Assembly: GCA_950097015.1 (NCBI GenBank)
Contig: CATNEN010000039.1
Span: forward strand, 6,882,001-6,946,000
DNA from: Macrostomum hystrix
Taxonomy: Eukaryota > Animalia > Platyhelminthes
DNA length: 64,000 bases
Direction: 5' to 3'
The notes under the pieces are model-generated. The model was not told the DNA's origin and made no database searches. It saw nothing but the letters and a program-made list of their open reading frames with translations. Within the stretch, counting starts at the first letter, position 1; the number at the start of each line of letters is the position of its first letter. Of the stretch, positions 13,211 to 20,662 are shown in pieces. The position numbers and the translations under genes are program-made.

Positions 13211-14047
13211 AGAAGACATGAGATGAAGCGGGCTCGGAGGACTAGAAGACAGGAGAAGAAGCGCGCTCGCACGACTAGAAGACAGGAGAATAAGAAGGCT
13301 CGGACGACTAGAAGGCTGGAGAAGAAGCGCGTCGGCACATCCACTGGACAGGAGAAGCGTGTTCGGAGGATAAGAAGACAGGATAAAAAACGCGATTACA
13401 ATACAGCACGCCGTATACGTGATGTGGTCAATGCCAGTAGGACAGGACCTGCTGTTGGAAGACCCATTCCGAGAACAAAGAAAGCAGTTGATAGAAAGAG
13501 CGAACAGAAAATTACGCGAAGTCGCGACGAGGAGCGCGTTGTTCGACCTGTTTCAAATGTTAGCAGAGGTAGTCCAAAGGCGTCCTCGGGATATCGCCGG
13601 CAGTCTGAGAGACGCGATGCTCCAAGGCGTTCTTCGGAACAGGTTTCTCCAAAACGTCGCCAGGAGACCCAGCGGCGGGGGAAACCAAAGAGTTCGATTC
13701 CGGTTCAGGCAGCTCTTGTCAGCCGGAGACTTGAGGAGCCAAAGCGTTCACCGCCGGTCGTGAAGCCAGTAGTGAACCAGGATTCGAAGGAAGCTCGGCG
13801 CCGACCAACCGTTCGCAAGGCCAGTTCGAGGCGAAAGTCAGCTCGCTCTGCTTCTAGACGGCACAGAAGACGCCCGGACTCGAGAAGGGCCGCTAGGCGG
13901 AGCGATTCCACTCAGGCCGAGTCGTCGTCATCGGAGTCGTCTGATTGGTTTAGCACTGAAGAAATCATCGACTTCGACAGCGGCAGTAGCTTCAGCCTTG
14001 ATGGTGCAGCCGAGATCGTTGTCGAGTCTGACAGCTTCTCGGAGTGA
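2..14047 (+). CDS. Giant Arg/Lys-rich tandem-repeat protein, 5'-truncated by the window (>=4681 aa). About 4400 aa of a 29-aa repeat, then a basic non-repetitive linker and an acidic C-terminal tail. Candidate KR-rich adhesive/structural protein
   Basis: Frame 2 reads through from base 2 to TGA at 14045-14047. The ATG at 1106 is only a K->M variant inside a repeat. Unit indels are multiples of 3, many unit variants are synonymous (GCC/GCT, AGC/AGT, AAG/AAA), and the repeat decays in frame into unique sequence followed by AT-rich 3' UTR-like DNA. Confidence 0.85.
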   Translation, partial: RKARRSVRKARKSNRRRARKTTRQLKKRARKARRSVRKTRKSNRRRARKTRRQQKKRARKAKRSVRKARKSNRRARRTRKTNKRGARKTRRQQKKRARKARRSVRKARKSNRRRARKTRRQQKKRTSKAHRSVRKARKSNRRRARRTRKSNRRGARKTRRQQKKRARKARRSVRKARKSNRRRARKTTRQQKKRARKARRSVRKTRKSNRRRARKTRRQQKKRARKARRSVRKARKSNRRARRTRKTNKRGARKTRRQQKKRARKARRSVRKARNSNRRRARKTRRQQKKRTSKAHRSVRKARKSNRRRARRTRKSNRRGARKTRRQQKKRARKARRSVRKARKSNRRARKTRKSNRRRARKTRRQQKMRARKARRSVRKARKSNRRARRTRKSNRRGARKTRRQQKKRARKARRSVRKARKSNRRRARKTTRQQKKRARKARRSVRKTRKSNRRARRTRKSNRRGARKTRRQQKKRARKARRSVRKARKSNRRRVRKATRQQKKRARKARRSVRKTRKSNRRARRTRKSNRRGARKTRRQLKKRARKARRRVRKARKSNRRARKTRKSNRRRARKTRRQLKKRARKARRSVRKARKSNRRRARKSRKSNKRGARKTRRQLKKRARKARLSVRKTRKSNRRRARKTKRQQKKRARKSRRSVRKARKSNRRARRTRKTNKRGARKTRRQQKKRARKARRSVRKARKSNRRRARKTRKSKTRRARKTRRQLKKRARKARRSVRKARRSNRRARRTRKSNRRGARKTRRQQKKRARKARRSVRKARKSNRRRARKSRKSNRRRARKNRRQQKKRARKARRSVRKARKSNRRRARKTRRQLKKRARKARRSVRKTRKSNRRRARKTRRQQKKRARKARRSVRKARKSNRRARRTRKTNKRGARKTRRQQKKRARKARRSVRKARKSNRRRARKTRRQQKKRTSKAHRSVRKARKSNRRRARRTRKSNRRGARKTRRQQKKRARKARRSVRKARKSNRRRARKSRKSNRRRARKNRRQQKKRARKARRSVRKARKSNRRRARKTRRQLKKRARKARRSVRKARKSNRRRARKTTRQLKKRARKARRSVRKTKKRNRRRARKTRRQQKKRARKARRSVRKARKSNRRARRTRKSNRRRARKTRKSNRRRARKTRRQQKKRARKARRSVRKARKSNRRRARKTRRQLKKRARKARRSVRKARKSNRRRARKTTRQLKKRARKARRSVRKTRKSNRRRARKTRRQQKKRARKAKRSVRKARKSNRRARRTRKTNKRGARKTRRQQKKRARKARRSVRKARKSNRRRARKTRRQQKKRTSKAHRSVRKARKSNRRRARRTRKSNRRGARKTRRQQKKRARKARRSVRKARKSNRRRARKTTRQQKKRARKARRSIRKARKSNRRRARKTRKSNRRRARKTRRQQKKRARKARRSVRKARKSNRRRARKTRRQQKKRARKARRSVRKARKSNRRARRTRKSNRRGARKTRRQQKKRTRKARRSVRKARKSNRRRASKSRKSNRRRARKTRRQQKKRARKARRSVRKVRKSNRRRARKTRKSNRRGARKTRRQQKKRARKARRSVRKTRKSNRRRARKTTRQQKKRARKARRGVRKARKSNRRRARKTRRQLKKRARKARRSVRKARKSNRRARRTRKSNRRGARKTRRQQKKRARKARRSIRKARKSNRRRARKTRKSNRRRARKTRRQQKKRARKARRSVRKARKSNRRRARKTRRQQKKRTSKAHRSVRKARKSNRRRARRTRKSNRRGARKTRRQQKKRARKARRSVRKARKSNRRRARKTTRQQKKRARKARRSIRKARKSNRRRARKTRKSNRRRARKTRRQQKKRARKARRSVRKARKSNRRRARKTRRQQKKRARKARRSVRKARKSNRRARRTRKSNRRGARKTRRQQKKRTRKARRSVRKARKSNRRRASKSRKSNRRRARKTRRQQKKRARKARRSVRKVRKSNRRRARRTRKSNRRGARKTRRQQKKRARKARRSVRKTRKSNRRRARKTTRQQKKRARKARRGVRKARKSNRRRARKTRRQLKKRARKARRSVRKARKSNRRARRTRKSNRRGARKTRRQQKKRARKARRSIRKARKSNRRRARKTRKSNRRRARKTRRQQKKRARKARRSVRKARKSNRRRARKTRRQQKKRARKARRSVRKARKSNRRRARKTRRQLKKRARKARRSVRKARKSNRRRARKTRRQLKKRARKARRSVRKARKSNRRRARKTTRQLKKRARKARRSVRKTRKSNRRRARKTRRQQKKRARKAKRSVRKARKSNRRARRTRKTNKRGARKTRRQQKKRARKARRSVRKARKSNRRRARKTRRQQKKRTSKAHRSVRKARKSNRRRARRTRKSNRRGARKTRRQQKKRARKARRSVRKARKSNRRRARKTTRQQKKRARKARRSIRKARKSNRRRARKTRKSNRRRARKTRRQQKKRARKARRSVRKARKSNRRRARKTRRQQKKRARKARRSVRKARKSNRRARRTRKSNRRGARKTRRQQKKRTRKARRSVRKARKSNRRRASKSRKSNRRRARKTRRQQKKRARKARRSVRKVRKSNRRRARKTRKSNRRGARKTRRQQKKRARKARRSVRKTRKSNRRRARKTTRQQKKRARKARRGVRKARKSNRRRARKTRRQLKKRARKARRSVRKARKSNRRARRTRKSNRRGARKTRRQQKKRARKARRSIRKARKSNRRRARKTRKSNRRRARKTRRQQKKRARKARRSVRKARKSNRRRARKTRRQQKKRTSKAHRSVRKARKSNRRRARRTRKSNRRGARKTRRQQKKRARKARRSVRKARKSNRRRARKTTRQQKKRARKARRSIRKARKSNRRRARKTRKSNRRRARKTRRQQKKRARKARRSVRKARKSNRRRARKTRRQQKKRARKARRSVRKARKSNRRARRTRKSNRRGARKTRRQQKKRTRKARRSVRKARKSNRRRASKSRKSNRRRARKTRRQQKKRARKARRSVRKVRKSNRRRARRTRKSNRRGARKTRRQQKKRARKARRSVRKTRKSNRRRARKTTRQQKKRARKARRGVRKARKSNRRRARKTRRQLKKRARKARRSVRKARKSNRRARRTRKSNRRGARKTRRQQKKRARKARRSIRKARKSNRRRARKTRKSNRRRARKTRRQQKKRARKARRSVRKARKSNRRRARKTRRQQKKRARKARRSVRKARKSNRRRARKTRRQLKKRARKARRSVRKARKSNRRRARKTTRQLKKRARKARRSVRKARKSNRRARKTRKSNRRRARKTRRQLKKRARKARRSVRKTRKSNRRRARKTRRQQKKRARKAKRSVRKARKSNRRARRTRKTNRRGARKTTRQQKKRARKARRSVRKARKRNRRARKTRKSNRRRARKTRRQLKKRARKARRSVRKARKSNRRRARKTRRQQKKRARKARRSVRKARKSNRRARRTRKTNRRGARKTTRQQKKRARKARRSVRKDRKSNTRRARKTRKSNGRGARKTRRQQKKRARKARRSVRKARKSNRRSARKTRRQQKKRARKARRSVRKARKSYRRARKTRKSNRRRARKTRRQQKKRARKARRSVRKARKSNRRTLKARKSNRRARKTRRQLKKRARKSRRSVRKARKSNRRTLKARKSNRRARKTRRQLKKRARKARRSVRKTRKSNRRRARKTTRQQKKRARKARRGVRKARKSNRRRARKTRRQLKKRARKARRSVRKTRKSNRRARRTRKSNRRGARKTRRQQKKRARKARRTVRKARKSNRRRVRKARKSNRRRARKTTRQQKKRTRKARRSIRKARKSNRRRARKTRKSNRRRARKTRRQQKKRARKARRSVRKARKSNKRRARKTRRQLKKRARKARRSVRKARKSNRRRARKTTRQLKKRARKARRSVRKARKSNRRRARKTTRQLKKRARKARRSVRKARKSNRRARKTRKSNRRRARKTRRQLKKRARMARRSVRKARKSNRRRAGKTRRQQKKRARKARRSVRKARKSNRRARRTRKTNRRGARKTTRQQKKRARKARRSVRKARKRNRRARKTRKSNRRRARKTRRQLKKRARKARRSVRKARKSNRRRARKTRRQQKKRARKARRSVRNARKSNRRARRTRKTNRRGARKTTRQQKKRARKARRSVRKDRKSNTRRARKTRKSNRRGARKTRRQQKKRARKARRSVRKARKSNRRSARKTRRQQKKRARKARRSVRKARKSNRRARKTRKSNRRRARKTRRQQKKRARKARRSVRKARKSNRRTLKARKSNRRARKTRRQLKKRARKSRRSVRKARKSNRRTLKARKSNRRARKTRRQLKKRARKARRSVRKTRQSNRRRARKTRRQQKKPARKARRSARKTRKSNKRRARKTRRQQKKPARKARRSVRKARKSNRRARKTRKSNRRARKTRKSNRRRARKTRRHEMKRARRTRRQEKKRARTTRRQENKKARTTRRLEKKRVGTSTGQEKRVRRIRRQDKKRDYNTARRIRDVVNASRTGPAVGRPIPRTKKAVDRKSEQKITRSRDEERVVRPVSNVSRGSPKASSGYRRQSERRDAPRRSSEQVSPKRRQETQRRGKPKSSIPVQAALVSRRLEEPKRSPPVVKPVVNQDSKEARRRPTVRKASSRRKSARSASRRHRRRPDSRRAARRSDSTQAESSSSESSDWFSTEEIIDFDSGSSFSLDGAAEIVVESDSFSE

Positions 14048-14356
14048 TCTCACAGTTAAGCAAATTCGCTTAATTGCAGATGTTTAAAACAAACTATTGG
14101 CTAAAACTTCTGGTTTTTAACGCTAAATATGCGACAATGACAATTTCGCAGCTGTTATTTCCTTCCCAATAACTTAATAGACTGTTGATTTGGTGGTTGG
14201 TGCCCAGACACAAAGTGCTTTTGAGCCTGATCCAATTAAACCAATTAAAAAATTGCTTATTAAAAAAAGAAGTCAGTTTTGTCTTACAAGTGTGCTAGAA
14301 TAACGGCATACTGACTGAATACTAGTTTATGGAGCATAATTTATACAATTAACTGC

Positions 14357-14362
14357 AATAAA
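14357..14362 (+). promoter_or_regulatory. Candidate polyadenylation signal (AATAAA) of the KR-repeat gene
   Basis: AATAAA ~310 nt after the stop codon in AT-rich sequence. An ATTAAA also occurs near 14235. Confidence 0.35.
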
Positions 14363-15001
14363 TATGGCCTAGAAAGATAGAAGGCCAAATATTATCTTTT
14401 TGTTTCTGCATACCAAAAACTCATTGAAATATTTCTGAATTCCTTCTTTCTAAATCCGAATGTAACCAAAAGTAGTAATTGCAACACTTTTTAAATTGAA
14501 AGCTATATGGCTACAGGAAATAGTGAGATATAAAAGAAGTGTTTTGATGTAGCTGAGACAACGAAATACTCTGTTGAAGCCTACTGGCCAGTAACTAGCA
14601 TTTACTGCGTTAAATGATTTAAATTTGAATTGGCGCCATAACTTTTCTTGTACAGTATAGACTATAGGTTTTTATACCTTTAAATTAAGTACAGGACAGA
14701 AATTTTCTATATTGCTATATATACTACTTAAAAATTTCTTAAAGTATAGAACGTGTGAATTAGGACAATTGCTGCAATCATGCAAATTTAGAGCCTGAAA
14801 GTGGAACTGAACAATTGCAGATTTGGGCCAATTCAGATAAATTAGTTTAAAGCAGTTAACCTAAGAGTTTGCCTCGAGTCACTTCGTTTATTTTTTGCTC
14901 GTCTGTACAGAACAGGAAAACGTAAAATCCGTGAAGAATCCGTTTTGAGTTTTCAATAAGGTACGAGTCCGCGATAAAAAGGCTAGATAGCGCCAACAGT
15001 T

Positions 15002-15077
15002 TGGTGAGTGCTTGGGGGGAGTCGAACCCCCTTGTCTTGGGCCCGTAACAAGAATCTTACCAATAGATCACAAGCGA
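15002..15077 (-). pseudogene. tRNA-like element (degenerate tRNA gene or isolated SINE head)
   Basis: Minus strand GCTTGTGATCTATTGGTAAGATTCTTGTTACGGGCCCAAGACAAGGGGGTTCGACTCCCCCCAAGCACTCACCA. D stem ATCT/AGAT, anticodon stem TCTTG/CAAGA with a 9-nt loop, T arm GGGGG-TTCGACT-CCCCC, acceptor only 5 bp (GCTTG/CAAGC), T5 tract ~20 nt downstream. Confidence 0.55.
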
Positions 15078-15410
15078 AGTAACCGTTTAGCATAGCTAGC
15101 CCAGGAACTCAAAGTTTTTTGTGCCTATTTATTATTTCGGAGGAGGCAGCTGAGAATGGCGAAATTTTTTCAGAAGCTTACAAAAAATCCAGATAAATTT
15201 GCGTCATCTACTGAAAGTAGAAATATTAACATTCTTATAATCTAAATTTATAACTTTGTGCTGAACAATACAATTTACTGCTGCATCTGATTAAATTCGA
15301 AAATGCCCCTGTGATACGGACATAAGTCACATCCTTGCTATCCGAAAGCAAGTGAAATGAAAGAATGTCGTTTTTTTCAAATGTACGCTCGTACTTTCTG
15401 CTCGATTATA

Positions 15411-15772
15411 AAAATGATAACAATTGTAGCAGGGCTGCAGGCAATGGCATATCTTTTGGTGCCAGTAGACCCGCAGCCAGCGAGGCGGCAATTCTGCCCA
15501 TTCCGCTGACTCCTAAGCACATACGCACACATATACTGTACGCAGGCATACGCTCACACAGTTGTGTGCATCAGCCCTGAATTTCTTATCGTCAGGCAGT
15601 GTACACTTTCACTGTGCCTTGGAGGTTGGCCCTCAAGGGCTTAAACTGCACGACAAGCCATCAAGCATTCTCTCCGCGGCCTTGCCCCAAATGAATGTGG
15701 ACTCGCCGCGGAATCGAGCTCAGGAATCCTGTTGCGAGATGCGAATGCGTTAAGCGCTCTGCCACTCCCCCC
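15411..15772 (-). mobile_element. tRNA-derived SINE, family B
   Basis: The reverse complement aligns by eye with 60273-60590: A-box-like head GGGGAGTGGCAGAGCG, shared body (GCACAGTGA..GTGTACACTGCCTGACGA) and tail GAATTGCC.CCTCGCTGGCTGCGGGTCTA. Confidence 0.7.
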
Positions 15773-16302
15773 TTCCTGCTTGATAATTCACCAATAATGC
15801 CTCAGTCTACTAATAGTAGTCAAATAGACTTTGTGTTTAATTTTTACGCCATTTGTAAAAAAACTAACAAATTAACAAACAAAATTTCGGAATTTTAAGC
15901 TCAAACTGTACACGTATCTCTCTTCAGTTCGAGTGAGATTTTTCCAAATAGACTGCTCAATGATTACTCAAATCTAATAGCATTTGAAAAAAGAACAATA
16001 AAAACACGAACAATAATCGGCAAATAGAAGCCAGCAAATCTGACAGCATATAAAAAAGCTTTGTTGCTTTATTACCTCAATTGCTAGGATTAGAATAAAA
16101 AGCTAAAAGTTACGGTAAACAATGGCCTGGCACTAGACACATGATAAAAGACGGAGACTGTACAAGAAAGCGAAGACAGATGTTAACAAATCACTGTAAG
16201 CAGATTAGCAGCAACTCGAGACCGTTCGATTCTAAGCTAAATTTGATTGTCAAAAAAGAAAATGACCGGCGATTGAAAGGTGGGGAATTGCAGAGGAGCT
16301 TG

Positions 16303-16340
16303 TTAAATATCAGGCTCTACTGAACCAGTAGACGAGGAGC

Positions 16341-16377
<37 letters not shown>

Positions 16378-19300
16378 CTGCTTCTCAAGCTCAAACAGCC
16401 TGCGCCTCAGTTGGGCGCGGGAGATGTCGAAGGTCAGCCGAATCTCCTTGGCTCTCTGCTCCTCCTCCAGGCTCAGGATGAGCAGGAAATTATTCAGCTC
16501 CGGTATGGTGAAGGCGTGCCACTGGATATAACAAAAAGAGAGAGCAAGTAGGTAGGGCCGATATGTATCGAAAAATCTAAAGTAACCATGTTAACTGCTT
16601 GTATATACATATATTGAAAACTTAGAACTTCATTAATACCAGAATTTATTTCCTAAACAGCTGTCTACATCGTAAGCAACCCATACGTAATCAACCAGGA
16701 AAATAAATCAGGAACGTGTTTCACCCAGTAAGAGTTAAACAACACATACTCGTATGTAAGGAAAATTGATAAACTACATATTTGTCATATTTTACTCTTT
16801 AGTCGTATATATAGAAGAATCTAACATAATCGACTATACTTTAGCTGATATAGGCTTCTTAAAAGTTACTTTTAATGGCGTTCTAACCATTTACAACAAC
16901 TGTGGTTTAATGATGTTGCGATTTTCTATACATATCGGTCAAAAAAACGAACTAAAACATATTTGCAGAAAACTCACATCCACGGTGGAGGACTCGTTCT
17001 CTTGCAAGATAAACTTTCTCCGCTCGAAAGCTCGCCTCATTTCGTCTGGTGGCAGCGTAGTCCACGACAACAGAATTTCCAAGGGTCGCTCGTGCTGCAT
17101 TACTTTTCTAACAATCACTGCGGAATTTCACGCGACCGATCACACAAATTTAGGATTAATTCATGACATGCTCTCAGCAAATTTATATAACCGCCACATA
17201 CTACTTACCAGTTTTGTCGCCGCGAATCTCGTGCTCAAACAGTGCAAACTTATGCGGCGGATCTCTGATGCGGTGCTTGGCCAACAGTAGCGACACGACC
17301 CGGTCAGCGGTGTCCCGACTCTCCAGGTCGTGCAGTAGGGTGGCGTTGCCGCGGGGCAGAAAGAACGCGGCGGCAGGCTGTTCAGCTCGCACCGGTCGCA
17401 GCAAGTTTACGTGCACCCGGAGTGAGCCGCGAAACTGCTGCGGTCGCGAGTTCGAATCCGCCGACTCGACTTCGGCAAGCGAGTCCTCGCAGACAATGGA
17501 GTTTGAGCGAACAATGCGAAATTCTTGACCTGGATTGATGATTTTTTGTTTTTATAAATGTATTTTGGTTTCTTTTTGGTATCATTTTTACCACAAAAAC
17601 GTAACTATGCTAAGCTACTCATAAGTAGCTTAAAAGTGCGTTGCTGCTTTTTGTTCGATTGGTGCACCTAAAAATAGATGTGTCATTTTAGATTTCAGCG
17701 CATTTTGCAGAAGTTTTTAAAAAGCTGCAAGGTTATATAGGCTATGACTTGGTCGCGATAGGTCCATCCATCATCTCTTATGTATATAAGTATCTCATAA
17801 ACACAGGGACGCAAATGCTTGCATGGGTCTTACAATATTGACTCGACTTAGTCTGGGACATTATTTTCAGCTATCCTAAAAATAAAAATAACCATTTTTG
17901 TGGCATCATCACAATTATGGGATCTTAAGCTAATTCTGAACTTAATAAGTGTGTCTTAGAGGTATGCAAAACAGGTGTGCAAAACAGGTGTGCCAAACAG
18001 GTGTGCCAAACAGGTGTGCCATACGGGTGTTCCAAAAGCCACTAACCTGGCAGTCGGGCAGTCAATTCAGCCAGGTGTCGGCGCAGTCTCTCGGGCGTCC
18101 AATCGCAGTAGAAAGTGCTGGCCTCGCTAACGCTGGCAACACTGAGACCGTCGCCCGCAGCCTCGCCGGTTGCTGCCGAGGTAGATTCCAGCACACGAAT
18201 GCCGGCTTGAGCTAGCGACGCGGTGTCGAGGCTGCTCAGACTGTAGGCAGCCTCGGTGGACAGCAGGCTGTGAAACTGACACTCGCTGGCTTCGTGCAGC
18301 TGCTGGCTGCGTCTGTATAGGGACGCTGGCGGCGATGGCGGCGGCGGCAGCGATGACATGATGGAGGACATGTCCGTGGAGGCTGTGCTATAGAAGTCTT
18401 CACTGCAGTCGCTACCATTCGGCGTGACGTCATCCGAGGAGGAATCCGAATCGGAATTCAATGGATGATCGTCAACTTTGTCGGCCGAGCCTTCGCAGTC
18501 GCCGCCAGCGGTGAGCAGGAGGCTGTTCTGACCGCTAAGCAGGGTGTCAGCGCTGCTGGTTCTAGTGCGGCGTTTTCTCCGATGCTTCTGACAGCTGTGC
18601 TGCTGCTGCTGCTGGCTGCGCAGTCTGGGGGTGTAAGCTACGGCCTCTTGGTCGTCGGCAATGTTTGTGGAGACGGATGAAGCTGCCGACACAGCGGCGG
18701 TGGATGCGTTTGACTGAGATTTGACGGCCTGAATAAGCGGCGAAAAAACTAATAATTAATGCAAGCTACTTGCAAATTCGTTTTCACTCAATGTGGTTAC
18801 AGAAATTAATACTGTCAGCTAGGTGTAAGCAACAAAAATCAACAACGGTTGGACTTCACCATCCAAAGGTCAGATTTCGCTGTTTCGAAAACGTCAAACG
18901 GCGACAGATCCTCGTTGTTTTGATTTCCATTGGGGTTGCTATCACGATTGAATGGCGAGGGTCGCCGGCACGACAGGCAAAGCCGCTCCGAGCACAAAGT
19001 GTGACAGCTGGTGCAGCAGTACTCGCACCTGTAGGAGACAGTTACAGATCAATCACTGCAACTGAGGCTCGAATAAGATTTCAACCGACTGACTTCACAG
19101 ATTACAGACATCCTTACATGTAACGCAGATTGACAGACAGGTTTCAAACAGAAGTAGAGACTGGCTTAAACACTATGACAGAAAGGTTTCAAATAAAAGT
19201 ACAGAGTGGCTCAAACACTATTACAGACAGATTTAACATGATGGATACTAAGCTAGCTAATAGGATATATAACAGATTTACAGACTGTTTTACAGGCAGA

Positions 19301-20662
19301 AAATAAATGAAAGCCGGATGTTGTGCACGTGCGCTGGCACTGCTCAAGTGCACTCGCCCCCCTCCCCACGCAGCATACCGCAGTTGTTTTTGGCGTTAGA
19401 GGCTCAGCGGTGTAAGCCGCTTAGCAGTCATTGTGTTGTCTGCGCGCTGGTTGGCTGGCCCGCCTTGTGTGGCCCTCGCCCCAGGCCGCCCCTGCCCCAG
19501 CTGCGCCGGGATTGGCCGGTGGGTAGCTGGGGTGGGGGTGGGGCGTGGGGGGCCTATAAAGGCGCGGCCGGGGGCGGGTGGCTGCCCCGTGCTGGTGTTC
19601 GCGCTCTACAACGCCTGACTGCCGTTTTGATAACCCGTCCCCCCACGCACAAACAATAAATATTGACCAACCGGTCTGCCAGCCGTAAACTGCTGCAGTT
19701 TGCAACTGCTGCAGTTTGCAACTGCTGCAGTTTGCAACTGCTGCAGTCTGCAACAACTGCAACAACTGCTGCAGCTGCAGTCTGCAATTGCTTGCACGTC
19801 AGCTGCAAGCAATTGACCGCACGCGCGAGTGCGAGCTATAAGTGAAGAAAGTCACTGCCTTGTCTCCTTCATTTCGGGGGGCTGTAGCTGGGACCGTCCG
19901 TGTGTCCTGACGCCGACTAAGGAGGGGGGACTAGACCAGGTAGTCAGCCAGGGGTCACCCTGTACTGTACACCCACCCGCTGTACTTAGACGCCAGCTCG
20001 TGCGCCCTGACGCCCTGCTGAAGGCGATCGACAGCATAGCGTCCCTACGCGTGTGCCGGCCACTTGTGTGCGTCCTGACGCCCCAGACTTAGGGTCCCGT
20101 GCGGACACTCGTGCCCTGACGCAGGCCAGCATGTGCCCGCGTACTCTGACCCTCCTAGGTGCACCCCTCCAGGGAGTCGCGAGTACAACAGTAATGCAGA
20201 AAAGCCGCAGCAGGCAGCAGCAACATACCGGTGTGCTAAGCCGAATAAAACCTGACCGCAGAAGTCGCAATAGGTGGGCAAATCAAGGCTGGTCAGGAGG
20301 AAGCGGTGTCCCCAGCGGGTGTTAAGCACCTGCTTCGGCCTGGCACCAGCAGCCGCAGCTGACAGACTTCTCAATTCAACAATATCACTGAGGCCGCGGT
20401 CCATGGTGCCGTGGCTGGATACAGTCCAGCAATGTGGCAGGGTATTTGGATCGCTGCGCTGCTGCCCGAGTGCCAGCTGGGCCAGGCCCTCGTGAAAGCT
20501 GTGGCTGGGACTGCAGGGACTCATTGCATCTTGTGAGTGTAACATGGCAGTGTTAGGCCTAACTGATTTGCTGGCCACAATTCCAGCTGATTGAGCACCC
20601 TGATCATGTTGCTGCCCGCTGGACCAGTAGTGCTCAATTTGATTGAAAAACCGCTTTAACAT
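16303..20662 (-). CDS. RASSF: Ras association domain family protein, C-RASSF class (C1 + RA + SARAH; RASSF1/RASSF5-like), 6 coding exons
   Basis: Exons 20662-20229, 19028-18860, 18728-18047, 17529-17209, 17117-16978 and 16521-16303 have GT/AG ends and consistent phases. C1: GHRF..PTYCDFCGQVLFGLAHR-CEYCCTSCHTLC. RA: FRGSLRVHVNLLRPV..FFLP..KFALFE..ERPL..FILQENE. SARAH: WHAFTIPELNNFLLILSLEEE. Confidence 0.92.
17965..18030. repeat. 13-bp minisatellite (AAACAGGTGTGCC) just inside a RASSF intron
   Basis: About 4-5 tandem copies are visible. Confidence 0.8.
19319..20190 (+). mobile_element. Solo-LTR-like insertion (872 bp) in RASSF intron 1
   Basis: GC-rich block bounded by TGTTGT...ACAACA, with TATAAA at 19555 followed by AATAAA at 19655 (U3-R-U5 order) and internal short tandem repeats. 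No matching target-site duplication is seen. Confidence 0.65.

Noticed and set aside
84-13344. Alternative-frame and antisense ORFs over the KR repeat (PARPVVASARPERATE.., CGRYDGPCGH.., LRARLLLFL..)
   Set aside because: These are shadows of the repeat. They are broken by stops or lack a unique terminus, and only the R/K frame continues into unique sequence.
16342-16373. CAG/CTG tracts here and at ~33080, ~33960, ~59100 and ~63385
   Set aside because: Ordinary poly-Q/S/A slippage, common to all genes in this window.
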